From IMG/VR virus record IMGVR_UViG_3300042346_001094, positions 1-62,749 of that record: a DNA stretch of 62,749 bases. One strand, given 5' to 3'. Below are positions 37,029 through 46,139 of the stretch, piece by piece. Position 1 is the first letter of the stretch, and each line of letters begins with the position of its first letter. Made by a program: the position numbers and the translations under genes. The DNA comes from a virus (Duplodnaviria; Caudoviricetes). The notes under the pieces were generated by a model that saw only the letters and a list, made by a program, of their open reading frames with translations, made no database searches and was not told the origin of the DNA.

Positions 37029-38029
37029 GCAACCTCCTTCACGGTCAAACCACCGCGATACGTGAGCGCTTTTTGGATGCGCTCCGGTATCACCTTCTCC
37101 TTGCGCTCAATCACAGGCCACGATATGGCCCACCCTGCCGTCACCGCCTTCGGCGCTTCCTTCAGCCGCGATCCAATCGCGCCTTTCAACAGCTCGATTT
37201 CGGTATCCAGTTCTTCAGCTTTGGCTTTGGCAGCGCGGTACTTCGCGCACAACTCCGGCAACTCTGAATCAGCGGTGAGATCCACCGACACGCCGGGCGT
37301 GCCGTAGCGATATGCCTCAGCGACGGTTTCGTAGTCGGCCAGCCACGCGGGCTCAACGTTGTTGGCAACGCCGTGCCAAAACGCCTCGATAGCCTCGCCA
37401 ATGCGCTGCTGTGTGCCTTCGTGCCGGTCGATCCGGCCGCGCAGCAACTGGTTGCCGCCAACGCACGCCACGATCCACCCGTGATCGGATTCGACCGCGC
37501 CCATTTGGTGCTGCAACTGGAGCACGTAGGTGAGCGGCGGCATGACGATCTCGCCATCCTCCGCAACCCACTGATCGCGGAACACGAGGAAATCGACGTT
37601 TTTGAACTCGACCGGAGGCGAGCCTTTCTCGTGCAGTTCGTAATCGAGTGATGCGCCCCAGCCCGCTACGGTGGGGTGGGTGCTGTAGCGGCGCACCTTG
37701 CGCAGCAGATCCCAGCGCCACTTCTGCTTGGCCCACGCGGCCAGCGCCGGTTCAAGGTGCACGCCAGCCTGCACGCGCTCGACACCGGACAGATCATCCG
37801 GCATGACGCGGCCAGCCTTCTGCTGCCACAGGCGGTAACCCGTAGTGTGCGGCGAAAGGCATTCAATAACCCGCGCTCCGGCGGGCGGCTGCTCGTAGAG
37901 ATGGTGGACAGCTTCCGTGCCGTCCACGTACTGCCAGCGATAGAACAGGCTGGCAATTTCAGATCCGCCTACGTACTGCTCACGGAGTGAGAGCCACGTG
38001 GCTTCATCAGCAACTGCGATTGTTCCCAT
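37025..38029 (-). CDS. YqaJ/lambda exonuclease-like nuclease
   Basis: VGGSEIA, GASLD, EFK, QLQHQM; upstream of bet. Confidence 0.85.
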   Translation of the reverse strand: MGTIAVADEATWLSLREQYVGGSEIASLFYRWQYVDGTEAVHHLYEQPPAGARVIECLSPHTTGYRLWQQKAGRVMPDDLSGVERVQAGVHLEPALAAWAKQKWRWDLLRKVRRYSTHPTVAGWGASLDYELHEKGSPPVEFKNVDFLVFRDQWVAEDGEIVMPPLTYVLQLQHQMGAVESDHGWIVACVGGNQLLRGRIDRHEGTQQRIGEAIEAFWHGVANNVEPAWLADYETVAEAYRYGTPGVSVDLTADSELPELCAKYRAAKAKAEELDTEIELLKGAIGSRLKEAPKAVTAGWAISWPVIERKEKVIPERIQKALTYRGGLTVKEVA

Positions 38030-38069
38030 GTTTCCTCCAGCGCGGCCCGTATGCCGCTGCAGAGGAAAC

Positions 38070-38085
38070 TATCATCGCGGTGATA
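38070..38085. promoter_or_regulatory. Palindromic operator in a divergent promoter region
   Basis: TATCATCGCGGTGATA. Confidence 0.7.
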
Positions 38086-38184
38086 TCAAATCAAGCGCAA
38101 ATGTGCGTCCGGTGATACTTTCTAGCGAAGCGCCTGTTTTTGCGGTGACAATCACCCAATTGGCTGAGCAATTGAAAGCACCGC

Positions 38185-38574
38185 ATGGGCACTCTCGATT
38201 TCCACACAAAAACCCCTTTGAACAAAAACACACCCCCCATGCAATTCTTTCGCACAGGCCGCCGCAAGTTTCGCAACGTTCCCACCGAGATCGACGGTAT
38301 CCGTTTTGACTCGAAGAAAGAAGCCCAAAGATACGTCGAGCTCAAAATGTTGGAGCGCGTCAAAGAAATCCGCAATCTGCAAATGCAGCCGCGATTTCCG
38401 CTGTGTGTGAACGGTGAGAAAGTCTGCGAGTACCGCGCCGACTTTCAGTACGTCGATTCCGGTGGGAAAACCGTGGTCGAGGATGTGAAGAGCGCGGGCA
38501 CGAAAACCCCTCAATACCGCATCAAAATCAAATTATTGCGGGCGCTTACCGGCATCGAGGTGCGCGAGGTTTAG
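38185..38574 (+). CDS. DUF1064-like PD-(D/E)XK endonuclease (alternative start 38239)
   Basis: DGIRFDSKKEAQRY, YRADF, VEDVK. Confidence 0.8.
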   Translation: MGTLDFHTKTPLNKNTPPMQFFRTGRRKFRNVPTEIDGIRFDSKKEAQRYVELKMLERVKEIRNLQMQPRFPLCVNGEKVCEYRADFQYVDSGGKTVVEDVKSAGTKTPQYRIKIKLLRALTGIEVREV

Positions 38575-38718
38575 GCCGTCTGCGTCAGAAATCTCCGCTG
38601 AATGCTTTACAACAGATCCGGGTGTGCGGATATCATCCCAATGACACTTTTGGAGGAACCCTAGTGTGACCATTGCAGAAGATCACCGCGTTAGGCGGTG
38701 GAAAACACATGAACCGTT

Positions 38719-38903
38719 TGCGGACTGTGCGGACGCAAATTTCCGCACCCAATCTGCGCAGCGAATAGCGCACGCGCTCCTTGCGGACGGTGCGGACGGT
38801 TGCGGCCGCAACGGCGATCCGGCCGTCCGCGAAAAGCCCTTTGAATCCAATGGCCAGACCGATGCGGACGGTGCGGACACAAATTTCCGTACCCAATCCG
38901 CGC
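38719..38903. repeat. Iteron-like repeat cluster
   Basis: 41-bp repeat (38719-38759, 38863-38903; 4 mismatches) and six TGCGGAC units. Confidence 0.75.
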
Positions 38904-38916
38904 TGCGGGGTGGGGC

Positions 38917-39726
38917 ATGAGCAGCCAGCCTTTCATGCCTCTCTTCTTTGGCGACTTCCTTGCCTCCACGGCGGAGTGGAGCGGCGAAGAACAGGCGCTT
39001 TATTTGCTCCTTCTGGCGCACCAATGGTCGATCGGATCGCTACCTGCCGACCCCGATTCGATCAGAAAATTGTCGAAATTCGATCGAAAAACCTTCAAAA
39101 AATGTTGGAAAACTGTGTCGATGAAGTTTTCCACCATCGACGGCAGATTGATCAACGAAACGCTGGAGCGGCACCGGCAGAAATCGCAACAAATATCGGA
39201 AAAACGGGCACTTGCGGGCGCGAAGGGTGGAGCAACAAGGGTAGCAAAGGCCAAGCAAAATCCAAGCAATTGCTTAGCAAATGCTTCGGTTTTGTATAGC
39301 CATCCATACCAAACCATACCAAGAGTAGAGATATCTACCGATATCTCTCCTTCAAACCAAGAAATAAACCCCCCCTCCCCCCTTGCGGGGGGCGGGCTAG
39401 TGCTTGAGTCGGAAGCCCCGGAAGAAGGGCCGAAAAAGCCGGTCTACACGGCCGGATTCGAAGATTTCTGGCAGGTGTACCCCCGGAAAGTGGGCAAATT
39501 GGCAGCGTCGAAGGCGTACAGCCGCGCCGTGAAAATTCTAGGGGTGCAGGGGCGGTCAGCTCTGGAAGCGGCTGTAAAGCGATATGCGGCGGTTTCACGA
39601 AACGCTGATCCGCAGTTCATTCCGCACCCTGCCACGTGGCTCAACCAAGGCCGTTGGGATGATTCGCCAGCGTCAGTGGCCACTTCTGGGGCGGTAGGCC
39701 GTGATGCGTTTGGCGTTGGCGGTTGA
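38917..39726 (+). CDS. Replication initiator-like protein (DUF1376/YdaU-type N-terminus)
   Basis: PFMPLFFGDFLAST; C-terminal FWQVYPRKVGK..PHPATWLNQGRW. Confidence 0.75.
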   Translation: MSSQPFMPLFFGDFLASTAEWSGEEQALYLLLLAHQWSIGSLPADPDSIRKLSKFDRKTFKKCWKTVSMKFSTIDGRLINETLERHRQKSQQISEKRALAGAKGGATRVAKAKQNPSNCLANASVLYSHPYQTIPRVEISTDISPSNQEINPPSPLAGGGLVLESEAPEEGPKKPVYTAGFEDFWQVYPRKVGKLAASKAYSRAVKILGVQGRSALEAAVKRYAAVSRNADPQFIPHPATWLNQGRWDDSPASVATSGAVGRDAFGVGG

Positions 39727-39747
39727 TGCAACTTTGTTGCTGGAGGC

Positions 39748-40098
39748 GTGAAGGTGGACGTTAGAACTTTGTTGCAGGAGCGGAACATCACCCTGCGCTC
39801 GTACGAGCCGGGCAACCATTACACGGTCTGCCCCCAGTGCAGCGCGGGGCGTAAGCCCGGCAACCGAAAGAAGCCATGCCTTAGCGTGGCGGTAGGGCCG
39901 TTCACGATACGGCGTGGGACATTACAGGCGGGGCAGGCCGTATGGCATTGCATCCATTGCAGTTGGAGCGGAGGAACAGGTGGAACAGGAAATATCAATC
40001 AGCGAAACGATCGCGGAGCAGTTGGCGGCGCGTCACATCGATACGGAGCTGGCGGTCAAGTACGGGCTGCACAGCCTCGTCGGCAAAGGTGGTGGTGA
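39748..40098 (+). CDS. Stand-alone primase zinc-binding domain
   Basis: CPQC..CLSV..WHCIHCSWSG. Confidence 0.7.
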   Translation: MKVDVRTLLQERNITLRSYEPGNHYTVCPQCSAGRKPGNRKKPCLSVAVGPFTIRRGTLQAGQAVWHCIHCSWSGGTGGTGNINQRNDRGAVGGASHRYGAGGQVRAAQPRRQRWW

Positions 40099-41431
40099 GG
40101 CGCTCGTAATCCCGTTTATTCGGGAAGGCAAGCGCGTCAACCGCAAGTTCCGCACCCTTGGGGGCGAGAAGAAGTTCTGGCAGGAAACGGGCGGTGTGCA
40201 GTGCCTATGGAACGAGGACTGCCTGCGCGATGACACGTTGCTGGAGCAACCGCTTGTCATCACCGAAGGCGAACTCGATGCGCTGTCAGCAATACAGGCC
40301 GGGTTCCCTCGCACGGTGAGCGTGCCGGGCGGTGCGCCGAAAGAGCCGCTGCCGGAGGATACGTCGAAGTACCAGTTTGTGGCGGATGCGCGGCCGTTGC
40401 TTACGGCTGAGCGCGTGCGCGAGGTGATCATCGCGGCCGATGGTGATGGGCCCGGCGCGAACCTACTGCACGATCTGTCCCACCGTCTGGGGCGATTCCG
40501 CTGCAAGTTCGTGACCTACCCCAAGCACCCGGAAGATCCCCAGCGGCGCTTGAAGGATCTGAACGAGGTGCTGCAGGCGTATGGCCCGAAGGGCGTGCGC
40601 ATGACGCTGGAGCGTGCGCAGTGGCTCAAAGTCGATGGCGTCTACCGCATGAGCGAGTTGCCGCCGGTGCCCGTGGCTCCGATCTACGAAATCGGAATCC
40701 CGAAGCTCTCGACGCGCTACAAGGTGCGCCTTGGCGATCTGGCCGTGTTCACCGGAATTCCGTCGCACGGGAAATCATCGGTGGTCAACGATATCTGCTG
40801 CCACCTCGTGCAGTACCACGATCTGAACATCGCGTTTGCGTCGTTCGAGCAGATGCCGCAGCGCGACCACAGGCGCAACCTGCGCACGTGGCACGCACGC
40901 AAGCCCGTGCAGTATTGCGACGGGAAAGAGCTGCGCGAAGCCGATGAGTGGATCGACCGGCACTTCTCGTTCCTCGTGCCCGGCGAGGATGACGAGGTGA
41001 CGCTTGAATGGATGCTCGACAAGGCAGAGGCCGCGGTCGTGCAGCACGGCTGCAAGGTGGTGGTGATCGATCCGTGGAACGAAATGGATCACGCACGCGA
41101 CCGGGCGGAGACTCTCACTGAGTACACGGGGCGCGCAATCAAGGCGCTGCGTCGGTTTGCGAAGAAGATGATGGTGCACGTGATCATCGTGGCGCACCCG
41201 TCGAAGCAGCAGAAGGACGACAAGGGCGAGTACCGCGTGCCTACGCTCTACGATATTTCCGACTCAGCGCACTGGTACAACAAATGCGATCTGGGCGTCG
41301 TGGTGCATCGGTATGCGGATCACACACTGATCCGCGTGGCCAAGAGCCGCTACCACGATGAGATTGGCGTGCCGGGAGACGAAAAGGCGCTGTTCCAGTT
41401 CGAGCAGCGCCGTTTCGAAATGATCCCGTGA
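39980..41431 (+). CDS. TOPRIM primase-DnaB-like helicase (T7 gp4/Twinkle type)
   Basis: ITEGELDALS, DGDGPG, KDLNE, GIPSHGKS, IDPWN, VAHP; GGAGG before GTG 39980. Confidence 0.85.
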   Translation: MEQEISISETIAEQLAARHIDTELAVKYGLHSLVGKGGGEALVIPFIREGKRVNRKFRTLGGEKKFWQETGGVQCLWNEDCLRDDTLLEQPLVITEGELDALSAIQAGFPRTVSVPGGAPKEPLPEDTSKYQFVADARPLLTAERVREVIIAADGDGPGANLLHDLSHRLGRFRCKFVTYPKHPEDPQRRLKDLNEVLQAYGPKGVRMTLERAQWLKVDGVYRMSELPPVPVAPIYEIGIPKLSTRYKVRLGDLAVFTGIPSHGKSSVVNDICCHLVQYHDLNIAFASFEQMPQRDHRRNLRTWHARKPVQYCDGKELREADEWIDRHFSFLVPGEDDEVTLEWMLDKAEAAVVQHGCKVVVIDPWNEMDHARDRAETLTEYTGRAIKALRRFAKKMMVHVIIVAHPSKQQKDDKGEYRVPTLYDISDSAHWYNKCDLGVVVHRYADHTLIRVAKSRYHDEIGVPGDEKALFQFEQRRFEMIP

Positions 41432-41818
41432 TTACGCTAGGTCGTCGATTTCTTCCTCGTCGTTGTACCGCGTGAAGGCTGGCTCCGCGACCGCAAACGC
41501 GGACATGGTGCCCCACACGCGGGAGTAAACGGTGGCGCGGTGCTTCTCGCGCACGGAGCCTTTGAAGTTGTCATACCCAATCCCCTCGACTTCCTCGCGG
41601 ATGATATCGGCTACTTTGTCGCGGGCGACAAAAGCCCGCCACTGGTAGTCGCGGTGCGCCCGCTTGTGAATCTTGGCTTTCGGGAACACGCGCTCGATAT
41701 CCTCGCGCCGCCGTGCCCGAACTACGAGCGCGTCGGGCGTGCGAACGTTGAACGAGCGAAGATCTTCGCGGGTTGGCTGCACGATCGACAAAAACGAGTC
41801 ATTAAGAAAAATCCACAT
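41432..41818 (-). CDS. Hypothetical protein
   Basis: SD AGGAGG; MWIF..SFLSIV..LVVRAR..YDNFK. Confidence 0.7.
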   Translation of the reverse strand: MWIFLNDSFLSIVQPTREDLRSFNVRTPDALVVRARRREDIERVFPKAKIHKRAHRDYQWRAFVARDKVADIIREEVEGIGYDNFKGSVREKHRATVYSRVWGTMSAFAVAEPAFTRYNDEEEIDDLA

Positions 41819-42146
41819 CTGCTTTCAATCCTCCTGCGTAACGGTCTGGAACTTCCGCCCGCGGGGCGTAGTCTCTCAGCGTTACGCTTGAACCATGGTT
41901 GGCTTTTGCCGCTGCGGCCGTGGCGCGGGCTGCACGCCGAATCACTTTGCTTGCGCTCCACGCGGAGAGCGGGGGCTTCTCGCCCGTGCGCTCAACTTCC
42001 GGTGTGCTGGCCACCACTGTGATTCGGTGCCTGCATTCAACGCATTCCCTGCGGCGTTTTACGATTCCGGTGTGATGCTCCGTTTCAGTTCGAATCACCC
42101 TCGTTGGTGAGCCGCACTGGGCGCAGCTTAATTCCGTCCGTCTCAT
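41802..42146 (-). CDS. NrdR-N-like Zn-ribbon protein
   Basis: CAQCG..TRV..RRRECVEC. Confidence 0.6.
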   Translation of the reverse strand: MRRTELSCAQCGSPTRVIRTETEHHTGIVKRRRECVECRHRITVVASTPEVERTGEKPPLSAWSASKVIRRAARATAAAAKANHGSSVTLRDYAPRAEVPDRYAGGLKADVDFS

Positions 42147-42384
42147 AGCGTTGAAGCTCCTTCTGCGGTGGTTTCCCCACATATCCTCCGTTTTCAATTG
42201 CCCAAACAACACGCACCTGTTCCCCGAACTTGGCGCGAAACATATCAGCAAAGGCCGTCACCTCCGGGAACTCCGCCCGGAAGCGAAGGCGGGCGGCTTC
42301 TCGCCGCTCCGCCTCCGCCTTGGCTTTCGCTGCTGCGGCATCTACCGCGTCATCGAATACCGGCTCCGGGTAGTGGGCGCTCAC
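42085..42384 (-). CDS. Hypothetical protein
   Basis: GTGA overlap with the upstream gene. Confidence 0.5.
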   Translation of the reverse strand: MSAHYPEPVFDDAVDAAAAKAKAEAERREAARLRFRAEFPEVTAFADMFRAKFGEQVRVVWAIENGGYVGKPPQKELQRYETDGIKLRPVRLTNEGDSN

Positions 42385-43550
42385 GCGGCCACCTTTACCC
42401 GGTTCAGCATCTGCCCGGCCACCTGCTCCATGGCAAGCCGATCCTCCTGCAGCGGCTCGAAGCGAGCGAGCGCGCTCACAGCCTGCGCGAAATCCCACAC
42501 CGATTCCGGCAACTTCTGCTCTTCCACGAGGCAGGTATCGATGACCTCCTGCGCACGGCGGTTGCTGAAGTTGTAGCGGGCGAGGAACTCCAAGCGATCC
42601 TCTTCGGTGCTGGCCACCACGGCCGCCTTGGCCGCCTTCACGCCGCTGATCAACCGCGACTCGCTGGCGTTGGCGAACTCCAGCAGCGCCGGGGCCGCCT
42701 GCTCGATGAAGCGCTCCGGGGCGCTGGCCGTGTGCTTGAAGGTGATCTGGTTGAAATCCTCAACGCCCCACAGGTTGCGGTTCTGGCACACGCCGCGCAG
42801 GTACATGGTGGCGATGCCGAACGTGCGGGCACCCACCTCGCTGTTCCACACGTAGAAGCCGCGGAACATGAGATCCGGGTCGCCGTTCGCGAGTTTGCCC
42901 ACCTCGATTGGGTTGAGGTCGTCCACGAGGAACAGGAACACATCGCGGTCGCTGGCGTACAGCGTGGTGTTCTGCTTGGTGATATCGACGTTGGGGTTGT
43001 ACGCCACGCCGAACTCGCTAGACCAATCGATGCAGCCCGGCACCTTCCAGCGCGTGTCGCCCGTGCCGTTGCCCGCCACCTTCATCACCGCATCGACCAC
43101 ATCCACATCGTAGATTCGGCCGTAACGCGGGCTCGTAACGCCGCGCAGGTACGTGCCGCCGTTCTGGCGAACGTACAGGCCCACATCCTTTGGCTCAGCG
43201 GTCTGCAGGCCGTAGTTGAGGTTTACGGCCGCCAGCGGGCCCGGCAGGCCGCGCAGGTAGTTGGCCGGGGCACCCGCCACGCGGGCCACCTGCTCAAAGC
43301 CCCAGTTGCTGGGCTCGAAGCGGCCAATGCCATCCGCCTCGATCCCAAGGTAGTTGGGGTTTGCAGGGTCGTATACCGCCTTCAGCGCACTGGGGGCGGC
43401 CAGCACCATGCTGCTCTCCGCCTTCCACTTCGCCACCTGCGTGCGCAGCGCTGACAGGCTCGTGAACCGCTGATCATCACTGCGGTTTGCCCACTGGGCG
43501 CTCACCGCGCCGACCACCTTCCCCTTCGAAACATCAATCGCGTAGCTCAT
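42381..43550 (-). CDS. DUF932-like protein
   Basis: LYASDRDVF, NSEVG, VCQNRNLWG, FKHT. Confidence 0.75.
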   Translation of the reverse strand: MSYAIDVSKGKVVGAVSAQWANRSDDQRFTSLSALRTQVAKWKAESSMVLAAPSALKAVYDPANPNYLGIEADGIGRFEPSNWGFEQVARVAGAPANYLRGLPGPLAAVNLNYGLQTAEPKDVGLYVRQNGGTYLRGVTSPRYGRIYDVDVVDAVMKVAGNGTGDTRWKVPGCIDWSSEFGVAYNPNVDITKQNTTLYASDRDVFLFLVDDLNPIEVGKLANGDPDLMFRGFYVWNSEVGARTFGIATMYLRGVCQNRNLWGVEDFNQITFKHTASAPERFIEQAAPALLEFANASESRLISGVKAAKAAVVASTEEDRLEFLARYNFSNRRAQEVIDTCLVEEQKLPESVWDFAQAVSALARFEPLQEDRLAMEQVAGQMLNRVKVAA

Positions 43551-43593
43551 CTCGTTTCCTCCTACCCGGAACCGTCCGGGCTTGGGAGAATAA

Positions 43594-43609
43594 TATCATC
43601 TCCGTGATA
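43594..43609. promoter_or_regulatory. Palindromic operator in a divergent promoter region
   Basis: TATCATCTCCGTGATA. Confidence 0.7.
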
Positions 43610-43806
43610 CTCCGCAAGGGGTGAAGCGAAAAAATTATCACGTACGTGCGATTTGACGTTGTGCGCCTGTCATCCCAATGCTATACCAGTTGGGCCGGGG
43701 CACCGCCCGGCGAGTGATTTCCTCCCACTCGCCCGCCCATCGGCCATAGTACCCGGCGGGTGGTTTCCCCCTTCCACCCGCCGGGTGCGCTTTCAGCGGG
43801 AGAACC

Positions 43807-44370
43807 ATGGCAAGCAAGCTAAATATCGCGTATCGGGCAATCGATTCGCTCAAGCCATACAAGCGCAACGCTCGCACCCACAGTGATGTGCAGGTTGAGC
43901 AAATTGCCGCCTCCATCAAGGAATTCGGCTGGGCAAACCCAATTTTGATCGACGGCGAAGGCGTGGTTGTAGCCGGGCACGGACGCCTGCTTGCGGCGCA
44001 GCGGCTGAACATGAAGGAAGTGCCGGTGGTTGAGCTTAGCCACCTCACAAAGACGCAGCGCAAGGCGCTCGTTCTGGCCGACAACAAGCTGGCGCTCAAT
44101 GCAGGGTGGGATTTCGAGCTGCTCAAGGTCGAAATTGGCGAGCTGGATACAGACGGATTCAACCTCGAAGTTCTTGGGTTTGGGGTGGACGAGCTCAACA
44201 ACATTCTTGAGCTGGACGGAGTAAAGCCAGCCGCCAGCCCCGACGAAGGTGGCGATGCCTACGTAGAGCAGTACGGCGTGATCGTGGTGTGCAACAACGC
44301 CGCGCACCAAGAGCGCGTCTATACGGAGCTGCTGGAGAAAGGCTACGAAGTAAAGGTGGTCAGCACGTGA
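43807..44370 (+). CDS. ParB/Srx N-terminal domain protein
   Basis: NARTH..IAASIKEFGW..PIL..AGHGRL..ADNKLA; no HTH. Confidence 0.85.
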   Translation: MASKLNIAYRAIDSLKPYKRNARTHSDVQVEQIAASIKEFGWANPILIDGEGVVVAGHGRLLAAQRLNMKEVPVVELSHLTKTQRKALVLADNKLALNAGWDFELLKVEIGELDTDGFNLEVLGFGVDELNNILELDGVKPAASPDEGGDAYVEQYGVIVVCNNAAHQERVYTELLEKGYEVKVVST

Positions 44371-45482
44371 AGATTGCCGTTCGCAACTCGTGCGACGACT
44401 TCAAGAGCTACCGGGCCGCCCGCGTCAAGAGCCTGTTCAACGTCGAAAGCGGCGCAAACTTCGAACACGAAGCCAATCTGGAGATCGACGACGGCAGTTG
44501 GCAGATTGGGCTGATCGTAGGGCCGTCCGGCTCCGGCAAAACCTCATTAGGTAAGCGGATCTTTGGGCGTGACGATGCCATCTACTCGCCAAATGGTTGG
44601 GCTCACGACAAGCCCATAGTGGATTGCATTCTGCCGGGCGGTGATTTCGATGCCGTAACCGGCGCGCTTGCTGCAGTGGGCTTGGGCAGCGTCCCCTCGT
44701 GGCTGCGGCCGTATCCGGTGCTCTCTAACGGCGAAAAATTCAGAGCCGACCTAGCCCGCATTGTTTGCGAAGAGCCCGACGAAATCGTGGTGGATGAGTT
44801 CACCTCCGTGGTGGATCGCCAGATTGCGAAATTCGGGGCCATGGCGTTTTCGAAGGCGTGGAAGCGCACGAAGGGCAAGCGATGCGTTTTGCTGAGCTGC
44901 CACTACGACATTATCGAATGGGTTGAACCCGATTGGGTGTACGACACACAGACGGCTACCTTCCAACGCGGGCAAGCCGGGAGGTCTCTTTGGCGACGGC
45001 CAAGGTTCGATCTTGAGGTTTGGGAGGTTGACCGGAGTTACTGGCCGCTCTTTGCTCCGCATTACTATCTGAGCCTGCCTCCCATGATCGCCGCAACGTA
45101 TTACGTGGGCACCGTGGAAGGCGAGCCCGCCTGCCATTTGGCCGTTTCCCCGCGCCTCGAAGTGGGCGGTATGCGCGCCTCTCGCATGGTCGTGATGCCG
45201 GAGTGGCAAGGCGCTGGCATTGGCCTGCGCTTCCTCAACGCAATCTGCGAGCACCAAACGTCTGGGCAGGGCAAGTACGGCGACCGGGTAAAGGCCGTGT
45301 ACTTCCACACCTCGCATCCCGGCCTGTGCGCTGGCCTGCGCCGCGACAAACGCTGGCGGCAGACGAGCGCCAAGCTGCATGGCGAGTCGAAGAAAGGCGC
45401 ACGCAAGCGCGGCATGGCGACGGGCTACGGCGGGCACTGGCGGGCGGTGCAAGGCTTCAAATACATTGGAGCTGCCGCATGA
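44367..45482 (+). CDS. ABC-type ATPase fused to a GNAT acyltransferase
   Basis: GPSGSGKT, LSNGEKFR, VVDEF, SCH; RMVVMPEWQGAGIG, TSHP. Confidence 0.8.
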   Translation: MKIAVRNSCDDFKSYRAARVKSLFNVESGANFEHEANLEIDDGSWQIGLIVGPSGSGKTSLGKRIFGRDDAIYSPNGWAHDKPIVDCILPGGDFDAVTGALAAVGLGSVPSWLRPYPVLSNGEKFRADLARIVCEEPDEIVVDEFTSVVDRQIAKFGAMAFSKAWKRTKGKRCVLLSCHYDIIEWVEPDWVYDTQTATFQRGQAGRSLWRRPRFDLEVWEVDRSYWPLFAPHYYLSLPPMIAATYYVGTVEGEPACHLAVSPRLEVGGMRASRMVVMPEWQGAGIGLRFLNAICEHQTSGQGKYGDRVKAVYFHTSHPGLCAGLRRDKRWRQTSAKLHGESKKGARKRGMATGYGGHWRAVQGFKYIGAAA

Positions 45483-46087
45483 AGGTGCTTCTTGCTGGGC
45501 AAAAGGTTTTCGGCGCTGCGGCTTTGGAGCTGCTGCTTCATCTTGGCCACGAGGTGGTCGCCGTGTTTGCGCCGCCGCCCAAAGGCGACAAGGTTGACCG
45601 ATTGGCGAGCCAAGCGCTGGCTTTCGGCATCCAGCCTCAAAGCGGGCTCACCGCAGACAAGGTGCCGCCCGGCACGGATCTGATCGTCACGGCTCACAGC
45701 CACGACTACATCACCAGCGAAGCGCTGCAGCGAACCACGTACGGTGGCATTGGGTATCACCCGTCACTGCTGCCCCTGCACCGGGGCAAAGATGCGATCC
45801 GCTGGGCCATCCGGATGGGCGACAAGGTGACCGGCGGCACCGTGTATTGGCTCAGCGACCACGTGGATGGCGGGCCGATCGCCGCTCAAGACTGGTGCTT
45901 TGTGCGCCCCGGCGACGACGCGATGGCGCTTTGGCAGCGAGAGCTTGCCCCGATGGGGCTGCGCCTCTTTCGGCGCGCTCTCACCGACATTTCCAGCGGA
46001 AACATTGTGCGCATCCCGCAGGACGAAAGCCTCGCCACGTGGGAGCCATCTCTTGATCGACCCAAACTTGCGAGCGCCAAGCCATGA
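45479..46087 (+). CDS. 10-formyl-THF-dependent formyltransferase (catalytic domain only)
   Basis: GYHPSLLPLHRG, TGGTVYW..VDGGPI. Confidence 0.85.
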   Translation: MKVLLAGQKVFGAAALELLLHLGHEVVAVFAPPPKGDKVDRLASQALAFGIQPQSGLTADKVPPGTDLIVTAHSHDYITSEALQRTTYGGIGYHPSLLPLHRGKDAIRWAIRMGDKVTGGTVYWLSDHVDGGPIAAQDWCFVRPGDDAMALWQRELAPMGLRLFRRALTDISSGNIVRIPQDESLATWEPSLDRPKLASAKP

Positions 46088-46139
46088 ACAGTCGTCGAAT
46101 TGAAGATCTGCACCCGGCCGACGCCCGGAATAAAAAAGC

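Noticed and set aside
32324-38574. Lysogeny module
   Set aside because: HTH genes are present, but no integrase, att-like site or CI with a peptidase domain was recognised
43807-44370. Plasmid-prophage partition system
   Set aside because: ParB N-domain only, no HTH, no ParA; the neighbouring ATPase is ABC-type
45479-46087. Methionyl-tRNA formyltransferase (fmt)
   Set aside because: Lacks the C-terminal tRNA-binding domain, so the symbol was not assigned
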